Source of the DNA: the human T2T-CHM13v2.0 reference genome, Homo sapiens
DNA length: 64,000 bases
NCBI RefSeq assembly: GCF_009914755.1
Contig: NC_060928.1
Direction: 5' to 3' (one strand)
This document shows positions 1 to 17,094 of this stretch, piece by piece; the first letter of the stretch is position 1, and each line of letters begins with the position of its first letter. The notes beneath the pieces were generated by a model. The model made no database searches and had not been told where the DNA came from. It saw only the letters and a program-made list of their open reading frames with translations. The translations under genes and the position numbers were made by a program.

Positions 1-245
1 ATGCTTGCAAAAATATGTACGTCATTATTGTTTATTTTATTTGTAAAGTGATTTATAAAATATTGTCATGTTTTCATATGTTTCTCAAATAAATCGCCTT
101 TCAAAAATGTAAATGAATGTCTTTTAAAGAATGTTTAAAAATTTTTTTTTCAGAATTATATTTTCAGGATTTTGATCTTCCAGGATTTCAACATTCAGGA
201 TTATGGCACTTGGGATTGCATCTTTCAGGATTCTGACCCAAACCC
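1..245. mobile_element. Terminal part of a Ricksha (MuDR-like) DNA transposon
   Basis: Repeated TTCAGGATT/TTGGGATT subterminal units ending in ...GACCCAAACCC (245), resembling the CpG-decayed Ricksha terminal inverted repeat as I recall it. Confidence 0.65.
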
Positions 246-859
246 GACTTTCTGATCCCCAACCCAATTTGGCCAAGGTGACATCAAAAGAAAGGGAAGG
301 GGAGGAAGGTGGTTGGCAGGACATTGAGGCCTGGCCAGGAGGTGGATCTGCCTGCAATGTGATGACCAAAGCCCTGTGGAATATGAGAGGGATCAATCCT
401 TTTGGGAGGGCAGATGAGGACTGGAATGAGGCTATATTTATATCTTAAGGAGGAACTACCTACTCCCTCCACCTTCATGAATTGGACCTGACCAAAACTA
501 GCCATAAGTGGCCTGGCAGAAATGATATCACCATTCATGGAGCCAGTGAGAAAATGCAATTAACCCAGGCCAAAGTGGTCATTTGTGCCTTGCTGGGGGC
601 TGGTAGCAGGCACACAAGCCCACAGATCCCATGTTTGTGACTGGGAAAGAGGGGTGGGACTAAAATTATTCTACAGGGAAAGCAAGGAGCCAGTCTCAGA
701 AACTCAGACATATGCTTAGGAGTCTACTCTCCTTAGGCTCTGATCCGCACAGAAAAGCATCTGTGAGCCCCCATGGGGGGCAAAGCCAGAATGCCTCTGT
801 GTGCCAGCACACAAGGCCAGACAAGTCTCCATGGCCACCCAGCTCCGACAGGGGCATCC

Positions 860-979
860 TGGCCGCCTGTCCTCATGACCTAATCACCTTCCAGAGGCTC
901 ACACATCTAATACCATCACGTTGGTAATTAGGTTTCAACACATGAATTTCGAAGAGACACAAACATTCGGGCCATAGCA
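860..979. mobile_element. MaLR LTR fragment (MST/MLT1A-like)
   Basis: CTCATGACCTAATCACCT...TTTCAACACATGAATTT...ACAAACATTC...CCATAGCA is a typical MaLR LTR end. Confidence 0.6.
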
Positions 980-1548
980 ATGACACATATACTGTGCTTT
1001 TTTTTTTTAATCCCAGGAGTGTTTTAGTTATAGAATCTCATTGTTGACACAATTCCCATTACAATGGGTATTTTTCCAACCAACATTAGACTGCAAGCCA
1101 CAAATTTAGAGAGACAGGATTCAGCACATGATAATCTGAAAACATCAAGTTCTAACAGCTAACACACTGACAAAATGAAAAAGTTTGCCAGGCTAAAGCT
1201 GCCGTATGGAAGAGATAACTACTTTCTCAGGGCCCAGAAAGCCTCGTTGCATTACAACACATTATAGACATTGACGTTCATGACAATGATGCTGAGCAAA
1301 CAAGAAAAGAATACTTGACTGAGGCAGGGCGGCAGGTGCATGAGCCCACAAACCCCATGTTCATGACTGAGACAAAGGACTGGAACTGCCAGGCTGGCTC
1401 AGAACCTTTTCAGGCTCTGTTCTGCACAAGAAAGCATCTATGAGCTCCTGGGGGACAAAAGCAGCCACCAACATTTTTAAAGTAGGTCTCTGTGTTGCAG
1501 GGATAATTGAGAGCAGATTACCAAAATGAGCACTGCACATTGCTCAGT

Positions 1549-1768
1549 TTTATTTAAAAAGGACCCACTTTTCACCATCAGGGGATATACTGGAAATAGT
1601 AAAACAGTCAAGAGATGAATCCTTTATTTACAAAGGGTCCACTTTTCACCATCAGGGTATATATTGGAAATAGTAAAACAGGAAAGAGATGAGTCCTTTA
1701 TTTACAAAGGATCCACTTTTCATCATCAGAGGATATATTGGAAATAGTAAAACAGGCAAGAGATGAGT
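1549..1768. repeat. 74-bp tandem repeat, about 3 copies
   Basis: CCACTTTTCA recurs at 1565, 1639 and 1713; TGGAAATAGTAAAACAG occurs in every unit. Confidence 0.95.
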
Positions 1769-2828
1769 AGAGTTTCAACCAACCTTTCTTTGGAAGAGTG
1801 AAAACTCTGAGTTGGGGAACTTTTATTACTGAATGGCGTATGGTTAAAAGCTCTTCACTGATCCATATAACTTCTCCCAACTGCCCATCAGAACACCCAC
1901 AGAGACACACATACATTTGAAAAATCCACTTGGCCACTGAAAACAAAGAAGCACAGAAATGTAATGGCAGGATCCAGGAGCATCTTCACTCACAAAAATG
2001 TAACTGGAACTGTGTTAGGGCAAACCTGCCACACTCAAGCTTTGTCTCAGGAAAATAGACTCCCTGATGAAAGGCAGAAAGAAATTTGTCCTCTCTCTGT
2101 CTCTGATTCAAACAGTGAGGATGAGTTCCAACAAGTACTTAATGAGTAGCTAGGCAGTGTCCCTTTTACCCCAATGGTACTGACATGAGTGGATCAGCAT
2201 GCTGAGTTTTCCTTCTACGGACTGCCACACTCCATTCTCCCCAAACTTTACACTTAGTGATGGACACTACCAGGTAAGAGCTGGACATGGGGCAGGGAAC
2301 CACTTTAGGGAGCACACCGCATTCTGAGATGTGTAACTCAGACAATACTTACCGATATGGACAGCGACTGGAATACTGGTAGCGGTGTTCATCAGGAATT
2401 GCAGTTTTTATACACAATATATACAAAGTATATATCGGTCAAAGTACTAGAGAGTTGGGCAACGATAGGAGAAGCTACTACTTTATACTGGTTATATGGT
2501 CAAAACAAATAGTTCACAATGAAGATGTAACAGATAAGAACAGTTATGCAGCAAGTAATATTGCATCAAAATTTACAAAGTAAAAAATGTTACAAAACAC
2601 ATGGAGACATTGTGAGTAAAAGTATTTAGCATATTTCTCTGGGTCACTGTTAGATCAAGTAGCAAAAAATAAAAACATATATGGAAATTTGAATGAGAAA
2701 TTAATAAAGGATTTAATAGAGACATAAGCTGTACCCTACAAAAAGAGAACATCATATGTCTAAGTCTCTAGAGTTCATAGAGCATTTACTAAAATCAATT
2801 GTTTTTTAGGTCAAATACATACATCTTA

Positions 2829-3217
<389 letters not shown>

Positions 3218-3439
3218 TTATGATAGTCAAAAGGGTGGCTTGCATGTGTTCCAGCTTCCTCTTCTTGCCTTAAATTCCTGAAATGACCAAATATTTTGAA
3301 AAATATTAAGTTATATCTCTATCTATCTATTAAAGTTTTATCTATATTGATCGATTGATAGATCCATAACACACTAAAAGGCAAGGGGACCTTTAGGGGA
3401 CTGAAACCGAGAAGCCTCTGAAATCCAGAAAGGGACTCA

Positions 3440-3948
3440 CCTATGACAGAATACTGGCCTCCCAAAGATGTCTACTTCTAATCCCCCAACTTGGTGAATA
3501 TGGTATGTTACATGGCAAAGGAAAATTAATGTTGCGGATGAAATTATAGTTGCTAATCAACTGATCTTAAAATAGGAAGATTATCCTGAATTACTTGGGT
3601 GGCCCCAGTATAATCACAAGCACCCTTAAAAGTGGAAGAGGAAGGCAGAGAGGATGTCAGGGTGATGTGATATGAGAAGAACTTGGCCCATCCTTGCTGG
3701 CCCTGAAGATAAAGGAAGGGGACTATGAGTCAAGAAATGTGAGCAGCCTCTAGAAGTTTGAAAAGGCAAGTACCTGGATTCCCTCCTAGAGCCTCCAGAA
3801 AGAATGCAGCCTTGCCAGTCCCTTGATTTTAGCCAACAAGACCTGTGTCAGATTCCTACCCTACAGAACTGTAAGATAATAAATGTATATTGTTTTAAGC
3901 CACAACGTTTGTGGTAATTTGTTACAGCATCAACAGAAAATTAGTAGA
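3440..3948 (+). mobile_element. MLT1D-like solo LTR (ERVL-MaLR)
   Basis: GGCCTCCCAAAGATGTC...GATTATCCTGAATTA...CTAGAGCCTCCAGAAAGAATGCAGCC...TTTGTTACAGCA pattern. Confidence 0.8.
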
Positions 3949-3954
3949 GACTGG

Positions 3955-4307
<353 letters not shown>

Positions 4308-5380
4308 CTATGAAAATAGATCAACAAGCACTCTCACAAGAAGGCTTAAACACAGTTGCACAATCAAGAAGCATGATACTGCAGAAAGCAAGTACCATAA
4401 TAGAAAGGAGCCAAACTCAAGATATGAAAGAAGTTAATACCCAACTAAACAGAAATAAAAGAGCAGAATAGGCATTTATAATAGATATCTTCAGAAAGAG
4501 GCGAGATTCTTTTAAAAATAGAGTAAGAATCATGGAAATTATAGACAATTATTGAAAAGAAAAATTCACTGGATGACTTGAGTTGCAAATAGCACCACTA
4601 ATGAGAAAATTAATGATAGAGAAGACCAAGGAGAATTTTCCCAAACTCACCAGGGGAGGCCAAAGAGACAGAAAACATACTAAAATGCTAAAAGACATGG
4701 AAGACAGATCCATATCTGAATTCCCAGAGGATGGAGAGTTTAAAAAGAAATTAACTCTAAAATAATAAAATACAAGAAGGATTATTTAGCAAAGAAAAGT
4801 AGTAAAATTTAGTGCTAAGTACCAAAAAGTATTGATGACAAAAATCTTAATAGAAATCTCGAGCTAAAAACTGCCAATGATAAGAAGGGAGAAGGGAGTT
4901 GGCTGAAGGTGGGGTAGGGAGGGAGAGAGTGCACTAAAACCATGTAAGATAGTTGTCTAATTGAAAGGAAGCTATAGATGCCAATTAACTCCTGATGTTG
5001 TTAGAAAAATATTTGTAAGTATATATATTATAAAATTAAGAGTAATTATGAGAAAATACAAATAAAAGGGATAAATTTCAGTCATTTATGGGGAAGGGAT
5101 AGAGCTCAGAATAAAGAAACCCCAATCAATCTAGCTGTGTCCTGAAGAAAAAATATAATGAGTAATTAGGATGTTTCTGAGATTGTAGAAATGGTCTATC
5201 ATTAACAAGTCTATAACAATAATTCAATTGAGTAAGTCAAACAAGAAAAATAGATGAGCATCTCTATAAAGGTGAAAAATTCACTTGATAAAATTCAGTC
5301 CTCATCTTTGATTAAATACAACTATAGGTATTTAAAAAATACTTTGAAAACTTTATAAAGAATACCTCAAATATCTAACT

Positions 5381-5896
5381 TTAATCAATATTCCACCCCA
5401 AGGCATTCCTGTTAAAGTCAACATCAAGAATGCACACATTAGGGGGGGTGGTTCCAAGATGGCCAAATAGGAACAGCTCCAGTCTATAGCTCTCAGCATA
5501 AGTGATGCAGAAGATGGGTGATTTCTGCATTTCCAGCTGAGGTACCGGGTTCATCTCACTGGGGCCCGTCGGACAGTGGGGGCAGGACAGTGGGTGCAGC
5601 TCAATGAGTGTGAGCCGAAGCACGGTGAGGCATTGCCTCACCCGGGAAGCACAAGGGGTCAGGGAATTCCCTTTCCTAGCCAAAGGAAGGGGTGACAGAT
5701 GGCACCTGGAAAATTGGGTCACTCCCACCCTAATACCGTGCTTTTCCAACGGTCTTAGCAAACGGCATACCAGGAGATTATATCCCGCACCTGGCTTGGA
5801 GGGTCCCACACCCACGGAGCCTCGCTCATTGCTAGCACAGCAGTCTGAGCTCAAACTGCAAGGTGGCAGTGAGGCTGGGGGAGGGGCGCCAGCCAT
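5381..5896 (-). CDS. L1 antisense ORF0 homologue, extended to 171 aa (expression unproven)
   Basis: Starts MAGAPPPASLPPCSL.SDCCASN, the primate L1 ORF0 N-terminus, in GCAATGG context. The frame has no stop until 5381, outside the element. Confidence 0.55.
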   Translation of the reverse strand: MAGAPPPASLPPCSLSSDCCASNERGSVGVGPSKPGAGYNLLVCRLLRPLEKHGIRVGVTQFSRCHLSPLPLARKGNSLTPCASRVRQCLTVLRLTLIELHPLSCPHCPTGPSEMNPVPQLEMQKSPIFCITYAESYRLELFLFGHLGTTPPNVCILDVDFNRNALGWNID

Positions 5897-6471
5897 TGCT
5901 GAGGCTTGAGTAGGTAAACAAAGCAGCCAGGAAGCTCAAACTGGGTGGAGCCCACCACAGCTCAAGGAGGCCTGCCTGCCTCTGTAGACTCCACCTCTGG
6001 GGGCAGGGCATAGCCCAACAAAAGGCAGCAGAAACCTCTGCAGACTTAAATGTCCCTGTCTGACAGCTTTGAAGAGAGTAGTGGTTCTCCCAGCACAGAG
6101 TTTGAGATCTGGGAATGGACAGACTGCCTCCTCAAGTGGGTCCCTGACCCCCATGTAGCCTAACTGGGAGGCACCCCCCAGTAGGGGCAGACTGATACCT
6201 CACATGGCCAGGTACCCCTCTGAGACAAAGCTTCCAGAGGAACGATCAGGCAGCAACATTTGCTGTTCAGCAATATTCGCTGTTCTGCAGCCTCCGCTGC
6301 TGATACCCAGTCAAACAGGGTCTGGAGTGGACCTCCAGCAAACTCCAACAGACCTGCAGCTGAGGGTCCTGACTGTTACAAGGAAAACTAACAAACAGAA
6401 AGGACATCCACACCAAAAACCCATCTGTACGTCACCATCATCAAAGACCAAAGGTGGATAAAACCACAAAG

Positions 6472-7483
6472 ATGGGGAAGAAACAGAGCAGAAAAGCTGA
6501 AAATTCTAAAAATCAGAGCACCTCTCCCACTCCAAAGGAACGCAGCTCCTCGCCAGCAACGGAACAAAGCTGGAGAGAGAATGACTTTGACATGTTGAGA
6601 GATGGCTTCAGACGATCAAACTTCTCCAACTAAAGGAGGAAGTTCGAACCCATTGCAAAGAAGCTAAAAACCTTGACAAAAGATTAGACGAATGGCTAGC
6701 TAGAATAAGCAGTGTAGAGAAGTCCTTAAAGGACCTGATGGAGCTGAAAACCATGGCACTAGAACTATGTGACGAATGCACAAGTTTCAGTAGCTGATTT
6801 GATCAACTGGAAGAAAGAGTATCAGTGATTGATGATCAAATGAATGAAATGAAGTGAGAAGAGAAGTTTAGAGGAAAAAGAGTAAAAAGAAACAAACAAA
6901 GCCTCCAAGAAATATGGGACTATGTGAAAAGGCCAAATCTATGTCTGATTGGTGTGCCTGAAATTGACGGGGAGAATGGAACCATGTTGGAAAACATTCT
7001 GCAGGATGTTATCCAGGAGAAATTCACCAACCTAGCAAGGCAGGCCAACACTCAAATTCAGGAAATACAGAGAACACCACAAAGATACTCCTCGAGAAGA
7101 GCAACTCCAAGACACATAATTGTCAGATTCGCCAAAGTTGAATGAAGGAAAAAATGTTAAGGGCAGCCAGAGAGAAAGGTTGGGTTACCCACAAAGGGAA
7201 GCCCATCAGACTAACAGCTGATCTCTCGGCAGAAACTCTACAAGCCAGAAGAGAGTGGGGGCCAATATTCAACGTTCTTAAAGAAAAGAATTTTCAACCC
7301 AGAATTTCATATCCAGCCAAACTAAGCTTCATAAGTGAAGGAGAAATAAAATCCTTTACAGACAAGCAAATGCTGAGAGATTTTGTCACCACCAGGCCTG
7401 CCCTAAAAGAGCTCCTGAAGGAAGCACTAAACATGGAAAGGAAGAACCGGTACCAGCCACTGCAACAACATGCCAAAATGTAA
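6472..7483 (+). pseudogene. L1 ORF1p, disrupted
   Basis: ATGGGGAAGAAACAGAGCAGA start. ORF1p fragments KRPNLCLIGVPE and MKEKMLRAAREKG...QQHAKM* lie in different frames. Confidence 0.95.
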
Positions 7484-7546
7484 AGACCATTGATGCTAGG
7501 AAGAAACTGCATCAACTAACGAGCAGAATAACCAGCTAACATCATA

Positions 7547-11321
<3,775 letters not shown>

Positions 11322-11767
11322 ACAATGAGAACTCTTGGACACAGGAAAGGGAACATCACACACCGGGGCCTGTCGTGGGGTGGGGGGAGGGGGGAGGGAA
11401 AGCATTAGGAGATATACGTAATGTAAATGACGAGTTAATGGGTGCAGCACACCAACATGGCACATGTATACATATATAACAAACCTGCATGTTGTGCACA
11501 TGTACCCTAGAACTTAAAGTATAATAATAAAAAAAAAAGAATGCACACATTGTTCTTTCCGGAAGTTTTAACCACTGTAATAAAGAAAAAAAATGACAGG
11601 AAGAAATACTGAAATGAAGAAAGAAAATCATTATTATTTTTAGATTATAAGACTGTCAATGTGGAAAGCCAAAGAGAAGTCATTGAAAAAATGTTAGCAC
11701 CAATAAAAGACTACAATAAAGTGGCCGTCACAAAATAAATTATTATCATTACTATTTTCTTAAACAC

Positions 11768-11913
11768 TTTCTTTTTAAGAGACAGGGTTTTGTCCCACTG
11801 CCCAGGCTGGAGTGCAGTGGCACAATCATAGCTTAAGGTCCTGGGCTCATGCCATCCTCTCACCTCAGCCTCCCACGGAGCTGGGGTTACAGGTACAAGC
11901 CACTGCTCCTGGC
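11768..11913 (-). mobile_element. Alu monomer (FLAM/FAM-like)
   Basis: Single diverged antisense monomer, GAGACAGGG...CCCAGGCTGGAGTGCAGTGG...CCTGGC. Confidence 0.75.
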
Positions 11914-13072
11914 AAAAATAAATTCTATTTTGAAAACAAATCCCTCAATTATCCAAAAATAGCAGGTTATCAAATAAATTTTAGTATCTCTGTATAATTA
12001 AATAGTACTATGTAGCCTTTAAAAATAATAAAAATCGAATTGCATGAAAATATTTTCACTATATGTGACAAAAAGCAGTTTATTTAAAAAGTACCAAAGT
12101 AAATATGTACCTATGCAAGTAGAAAAATTAATAAGATACATACCAAGATATGAACAGTAATTATCTTTGCACAGTAAGATTATAATGGAACTTTATTTTC
12201 CTCTTAGTTTTTATCTATATTTTTCAAACTTTTAACATTCAAAATTAAGTTTACTGTACTATTTACTGAATAATTTGCCAAAAATCAATTGCCAATAATA
12301 TGAATAATGTGCAATCTCACAAAAAATAAAACAGCACGTTAAATCAAAAAAGCACATAACATCTAGATGAAACTCATGATCTTGGATTAGATCTCAGTTA
12401 AGACAGACTTGCTATAAAACATATTCAGTAACAGAAGGAGGGGCAGATTCTATGATGGACCAGCCATTAGATGCTATTAAGAAATAAATTGTAATTTTTT
12501 ATAATGTTATTTGGCTATTTTAGGAAAATGTAATTTTTTTAGAGATAGAGAATAAAGCTTTTAGAAATAGGTTTCCAGAATGCCTGTTATTTTTACTATA
12601 AGATATTTAAGCATAAAAAGAGGAAGGGGGTCAAAGGAGGACTCTTGTTTCTTAAAAGATTTTTTAAAAGGCAAGATTTTTTTTCACCTATCAAATAGGG
12701 AAAATTAAAAAATATAATATCCAGGTTGGTAGGTGGAAACTAAAATAAGAACCCTCATTTACTACTTAGGCAGGAATGAAAAATTAGTACAAGCTTTCTA
12801 AAGGGTAATTTGGTAATTTACATAAATTTCTTAAAAATATACCTTCCTTTATTTTAGCAATTCCACTACAAGGAATTTTCTAAAGAAATAGTCAAAAATA
12901 ACACACAAAAGATATGACTATAAGGATACTCATGACATAATGAAATATTGAAAAAATCAGAATGTCTAGTGTAGAAAATGATTAAATCAGTTATGTATAA
13001 TTAAATAATAGCCTCAAATACTGTACTTTGAAAAAATGATAATGTTAAATGAATACAGTAATAGAAAATTAT

Positions 13073-13392
<320 letters not shown>

Positions 13393-14908
13393 CTAATTTT
13401 GCAAAATATGATTAAAACCTGACATATACGTAAAAGCTAGAGGACAAACAATGTGATGAAATATACCAAATACTAATAATAGTGGTTCTCTGAATCTCTG
13501 AATTATAGATGAATTTAATTTTCTTTCTTATACTTTCAGATATCCCTAAAATGTCTCATTTTGAATGTCCTTTATAATCCAAAAAAGTTATCGTAAGGCA
13601 ATTTAAGAGTTGTCTTTATAGCTGTGTGAAAATATTTTATATTTAAAGAAACGTGCTTGTTTTATTTGGAATATTAAAATATAAAGATGGAGAACTTTCA
13701 GATAATAGTAGATAACTGGCATTCACAGATGAGGACCTACCCTACAGGTCCCCGGCAACCAGACCCACGGTGTCTGGGTTCATGGGACTGAAAATCAGTC
13801 ACCAGGTGGAAAAGCTGGTCAGCTGTCCTTATGGTATCCTGCCACAAAAACGCAATATTCCTCCAGAGGCGTTCATACCCTGAGGCAGTTCCTAGGGAAT
13901 ACACTAAATGAACAAGATAGTAACTTTTCTATTTATTGGGAAAAAAGGAGGGAAAAATGGGAAGATGAGAGTGGAAGATTAGAGAGTTCACAGTTTTTTA
14001 AAGAAAGTAAAAATAAATAAACAGGTAAATGCTCTTGATTTTTTAAATGCATCAAATAAAAAGGGTGAGGAAATAGATGAAATAAGCTACATTTCAGAAA
14101 AAAAGGGTAGACAAGACCTATGAAAATTAAAACTACAAGGAAGAAGAGAGCAGAAAAAAAATTAAGTGAAATAAGTGGAGGAAAGATCACATAATCAAGT
14201 TAACAAATAGGCAAGAAAAACATTGTTTCATTTGTCAAACTGAAGGTGGAAGGACCTGGAGGAAGGCAATTGCTACACTGTGCCAGATTCAAGCTTGTGA
14301 AGGGGCTTGGTCCCGGCCACTTCCTCCATTTAATAAATGTTTATTCAGAGTCTATTTTTCTGCCAGTGCCATGCTACGCACTAGGCACCAGGGATATAAA
14401 TATGAATAGGACTGACATAATTCCTGCTTTCAAAAAGCTTATGAATTAGGGACAGACACAGACCAGCAAACTATTACAGTGACAAACGACAAGGGAGATC
14501 AAACACACGTCTGCTGTAAAAACATATAATAAATAGGTGCCATATCAGTGGTATATAAAAATTACTGTTAAATGTTACTGAAAACAATAAACTAGAGAAA
14601 GACGAAAAGAGAAAATTCGCTGGGCCAAATCAGAAGAAATAAATAACATTAGTTTTGTTCCTTAATTATCACCACAAGCGCTAGTTGTTTTCTATCTTTT
14701 CAAGACAGCTGTAAAGACGCTGCTCTTCATCCTGCTCGTGAAATTCAAAGGACATTTGCAACATCTACAAAAAAAACCACTTCAAATCATTTTGCAAAAA
14801 TTTCAAGGAAACATTACCTATTTCCTATATAATGAATGGTTAGCAAACTTGCTTACTTGAAGCACCTGTGCCATAATGTGAAAAAGCCACAGAAGTCTTT
14901 CTACTTAC

Positions 14909-14965
14909 CAAGATCTCTTTTTCAGAAGAAGAGAAAATAACTTGTAAATGAACGGAAATACAATT
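14909..14965 (-). other. TLR6: Probable non-coding first exon of TLR6 (distal promoter, possibly shared with TLR1); 5' boundary approximate
   Basis: Strong - strand donor TTG|GTAAGT (GT at 14908-14907) in repeat-free sequence, ETS-like CGGAAA at ~14953 and a CTCF motif at 15026. The distance of ~11 kb from the FAM114A1 start fits my recollection of the locus. No TLR6 CDS is in the window. Confidence 0.55.
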
Positions 14966-15025
14966 GAAAATGCTTGACAAACACAAGTTCTTAAAGTTGA
15001 GTAAAGCGGTACCTTAGAAACAGAT

Positions 15026-15044
15026 TGGTGCCATCTGTTGGCCC
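15026..15044 (-). promoter_or_regulatory. CTCF motif (reverse)
   Basis: - strand reads GGGCCAACAGATGGCACCA, matching the CCASYAGRKGGCRS core with minor deviation. Confidence 0.65.
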
Positions 15045-16586
15045 ACACTGGAATTACTCCTACGTATATTTTTACCTTTCAAAGGTCCGGAGGTGAGTTA
15101 GCAGTTTTTTCTGGGCTACAGACAAAACCAGTAATCCAATTTTCTAATTCGTGTGAGGAAGCAACTTACAAACAATTCAATGTGAAGAAAAATATTTTTC
15201 TAAGGTAATATTTCTCTGTAAGAGTTTGCAGCCTGGTTATTACATTTGTCACCTGAGTGGAAAGTTATTTTAAACAGCCTGTTTTCTATTATCACCATAT
15301 TTAACATTTCAAGAATAATTGCAGTTTCCCTTATCAAGCAATTTTGAGCATTATTTTAGCTGGATGAGATAGTTTAAAATAAAATAAGTATAGTTCCACA
15401 ATTTGGGTTTTTTTTTAAAAATCAACTTCTAAGGAAAGTTTACTGGTTGATACATATTTATGACTACATATTTAGCCATATGTACGAGCAATCATACCCA
15501 CATTCTGATCAACATTTGGTGTTATTAAATGGTTTAGATTTTAATTTAGGAATAATAAATAACACTGAAATCCTGCAAGACTAATTTAAAAATCAATTTT
15601 CTAAAGACCATTTAGAAGAATTTCAGAATGACATCAACAAAGGCTGATTACCAGAAGTCTCTGGTTAAACAGAGACTTCTGGTGGACAGTAAACCCTTTT
15701 CCCCAGACTTCTTGCTTAACTGAGTTCTGCAAAGGACAGAAGGCATGAGTGAAACAATCATTCTATAATTTATCTCACTGTCTGGCACAATCTCATCTTT
15801 ATTAAAAAAAAAAACAACAACAAGTTAAGACCTTACAATTTGGCTAATGACAAAGTTGGACATCTCTGTAAGAATCACTTCTGCTTTCAGGAGGAAGAGA
15901 AAGGCTGGCTTCTTGTGATTCATCCTTACTCATCAAACATAACAGGAAGTCTCCTCAGGCCTGGGGAGGCTCAGTAAGGAGTGGATGGATCTCTGCTCCA
16001 CTGGCAAAAGGAGACAGCCAGAAAGCAGCAGGTATCTGTGACCCTGGAAAACCAGATTTGTGAAACAAGCCAAGGGAAAGGGCTGGCTGTGGCTCTGAGG
16101 GAATTTCAAGTAACCGTGGACTAAAGTCTTAAGAAAACAGACAACTATCACTGCAGATCTGGGCACATTGACATGTCTCATTAGGAGATTGCATCACAAC
16201 ACCAATGTTCAGAAACAAGGAGACTATTCTTGTCGAGGCTGTCATAACTCAGAAACGTCTGTAAGGGGATGACAAAAACACAAAAATCAAGTAATAGCGA
16301 AGATGGCAATGACAGTTAAGCAAACAAAGAAACAGACAGTACTGGGCCGAACCTCCACTTGGCCACTTACTGTGAGGCTTGGGACAAGTCCCTTAACCTC
16401 CATTTATTCATCCACAAAATGGGAGTACTTTTAGGAAAGATAATGAATTTAAAGTGGCTGGAATAGTGACTGACACAGAAGAGAAGTCATAATAGTAAGG
16501 AGTTTGGTGCAAATCATATAGTTTTTTTGTATGCTGAGGGGTAAAGATTTCAGGATATACTATGAAGTGAAGAAAATCAAGGTGCA

Positions 16587-16880
16587 GGCTGGGCACGATG
16601 TCTCATGCCTGTAATCCCAGCACTTCGGGAGGCCGAGGTGGGTAGATCACCAGAGGTCAGGAGTTCGAGACCGGCTTGGCTAACATGGCGAAACCCTGTC
16701 TCTACTAAAAATACAAACATTAGCTGGGTATGGTGGCAGGCAACTGTACTCCCAGCTACTCGGGAGGCTGAAGCAGGAGAATCATTGGAACCCAGGAGGC
16801 AGAGGTAGCAGAGAGCTGAGATTGTGCCACTGCACTTCAGCCTGGGCAACAGAGTGAGACTCTGGCTCAAAAGAAAAAAG
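16587..16880 (+). mobile_element. AluS
   Basis: Full Alu; TSD AGAAAATYAAGGTGCAG at 16571 and 17036. Confidence 0.93.
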
Positions 16881-16959
16881 AAAGAAAGAAAGAGAGAGAG
16901 AGAGAGGGAGAGAGAGAGAGAGGGAGAGAGAGAGAGAGAGAGGGAGAGAGAGAGAGAGA

Positions 16960-17025
<66 letters not shown>

Positions 17026-17041
17026 AAAGAAAGAAAGAAAA
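16869..17041. repeat. (GA)n/(GAAA)n compound microsatellite, pure purine
   Basis: Directly visible; lies between the Alu body and its 3' TSD. Confidence 0.97.
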
Positions 17042-17094
17042 TTAAGGTGCAGAACTGTAAGAAGAGTATGACATCAATTGTATAAAATCTAGCC

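Noticed and set aside
1549-1768. Regularly spaced repeats as a possible CRISPR-like array
   Set aside because: Units are contiguous with no unique spacers, and the DNA is human; it is an ordinary tandem repeat.
2345-2356. Strong - strand donor TCG|GTAAGT as an extra TLR6/TLR1 UTR exon (similar site at ~45827)
   Set aside because: I found no convincing matching acceptor; isolated GTAAGT hexamers occur by chance in 64 kb.
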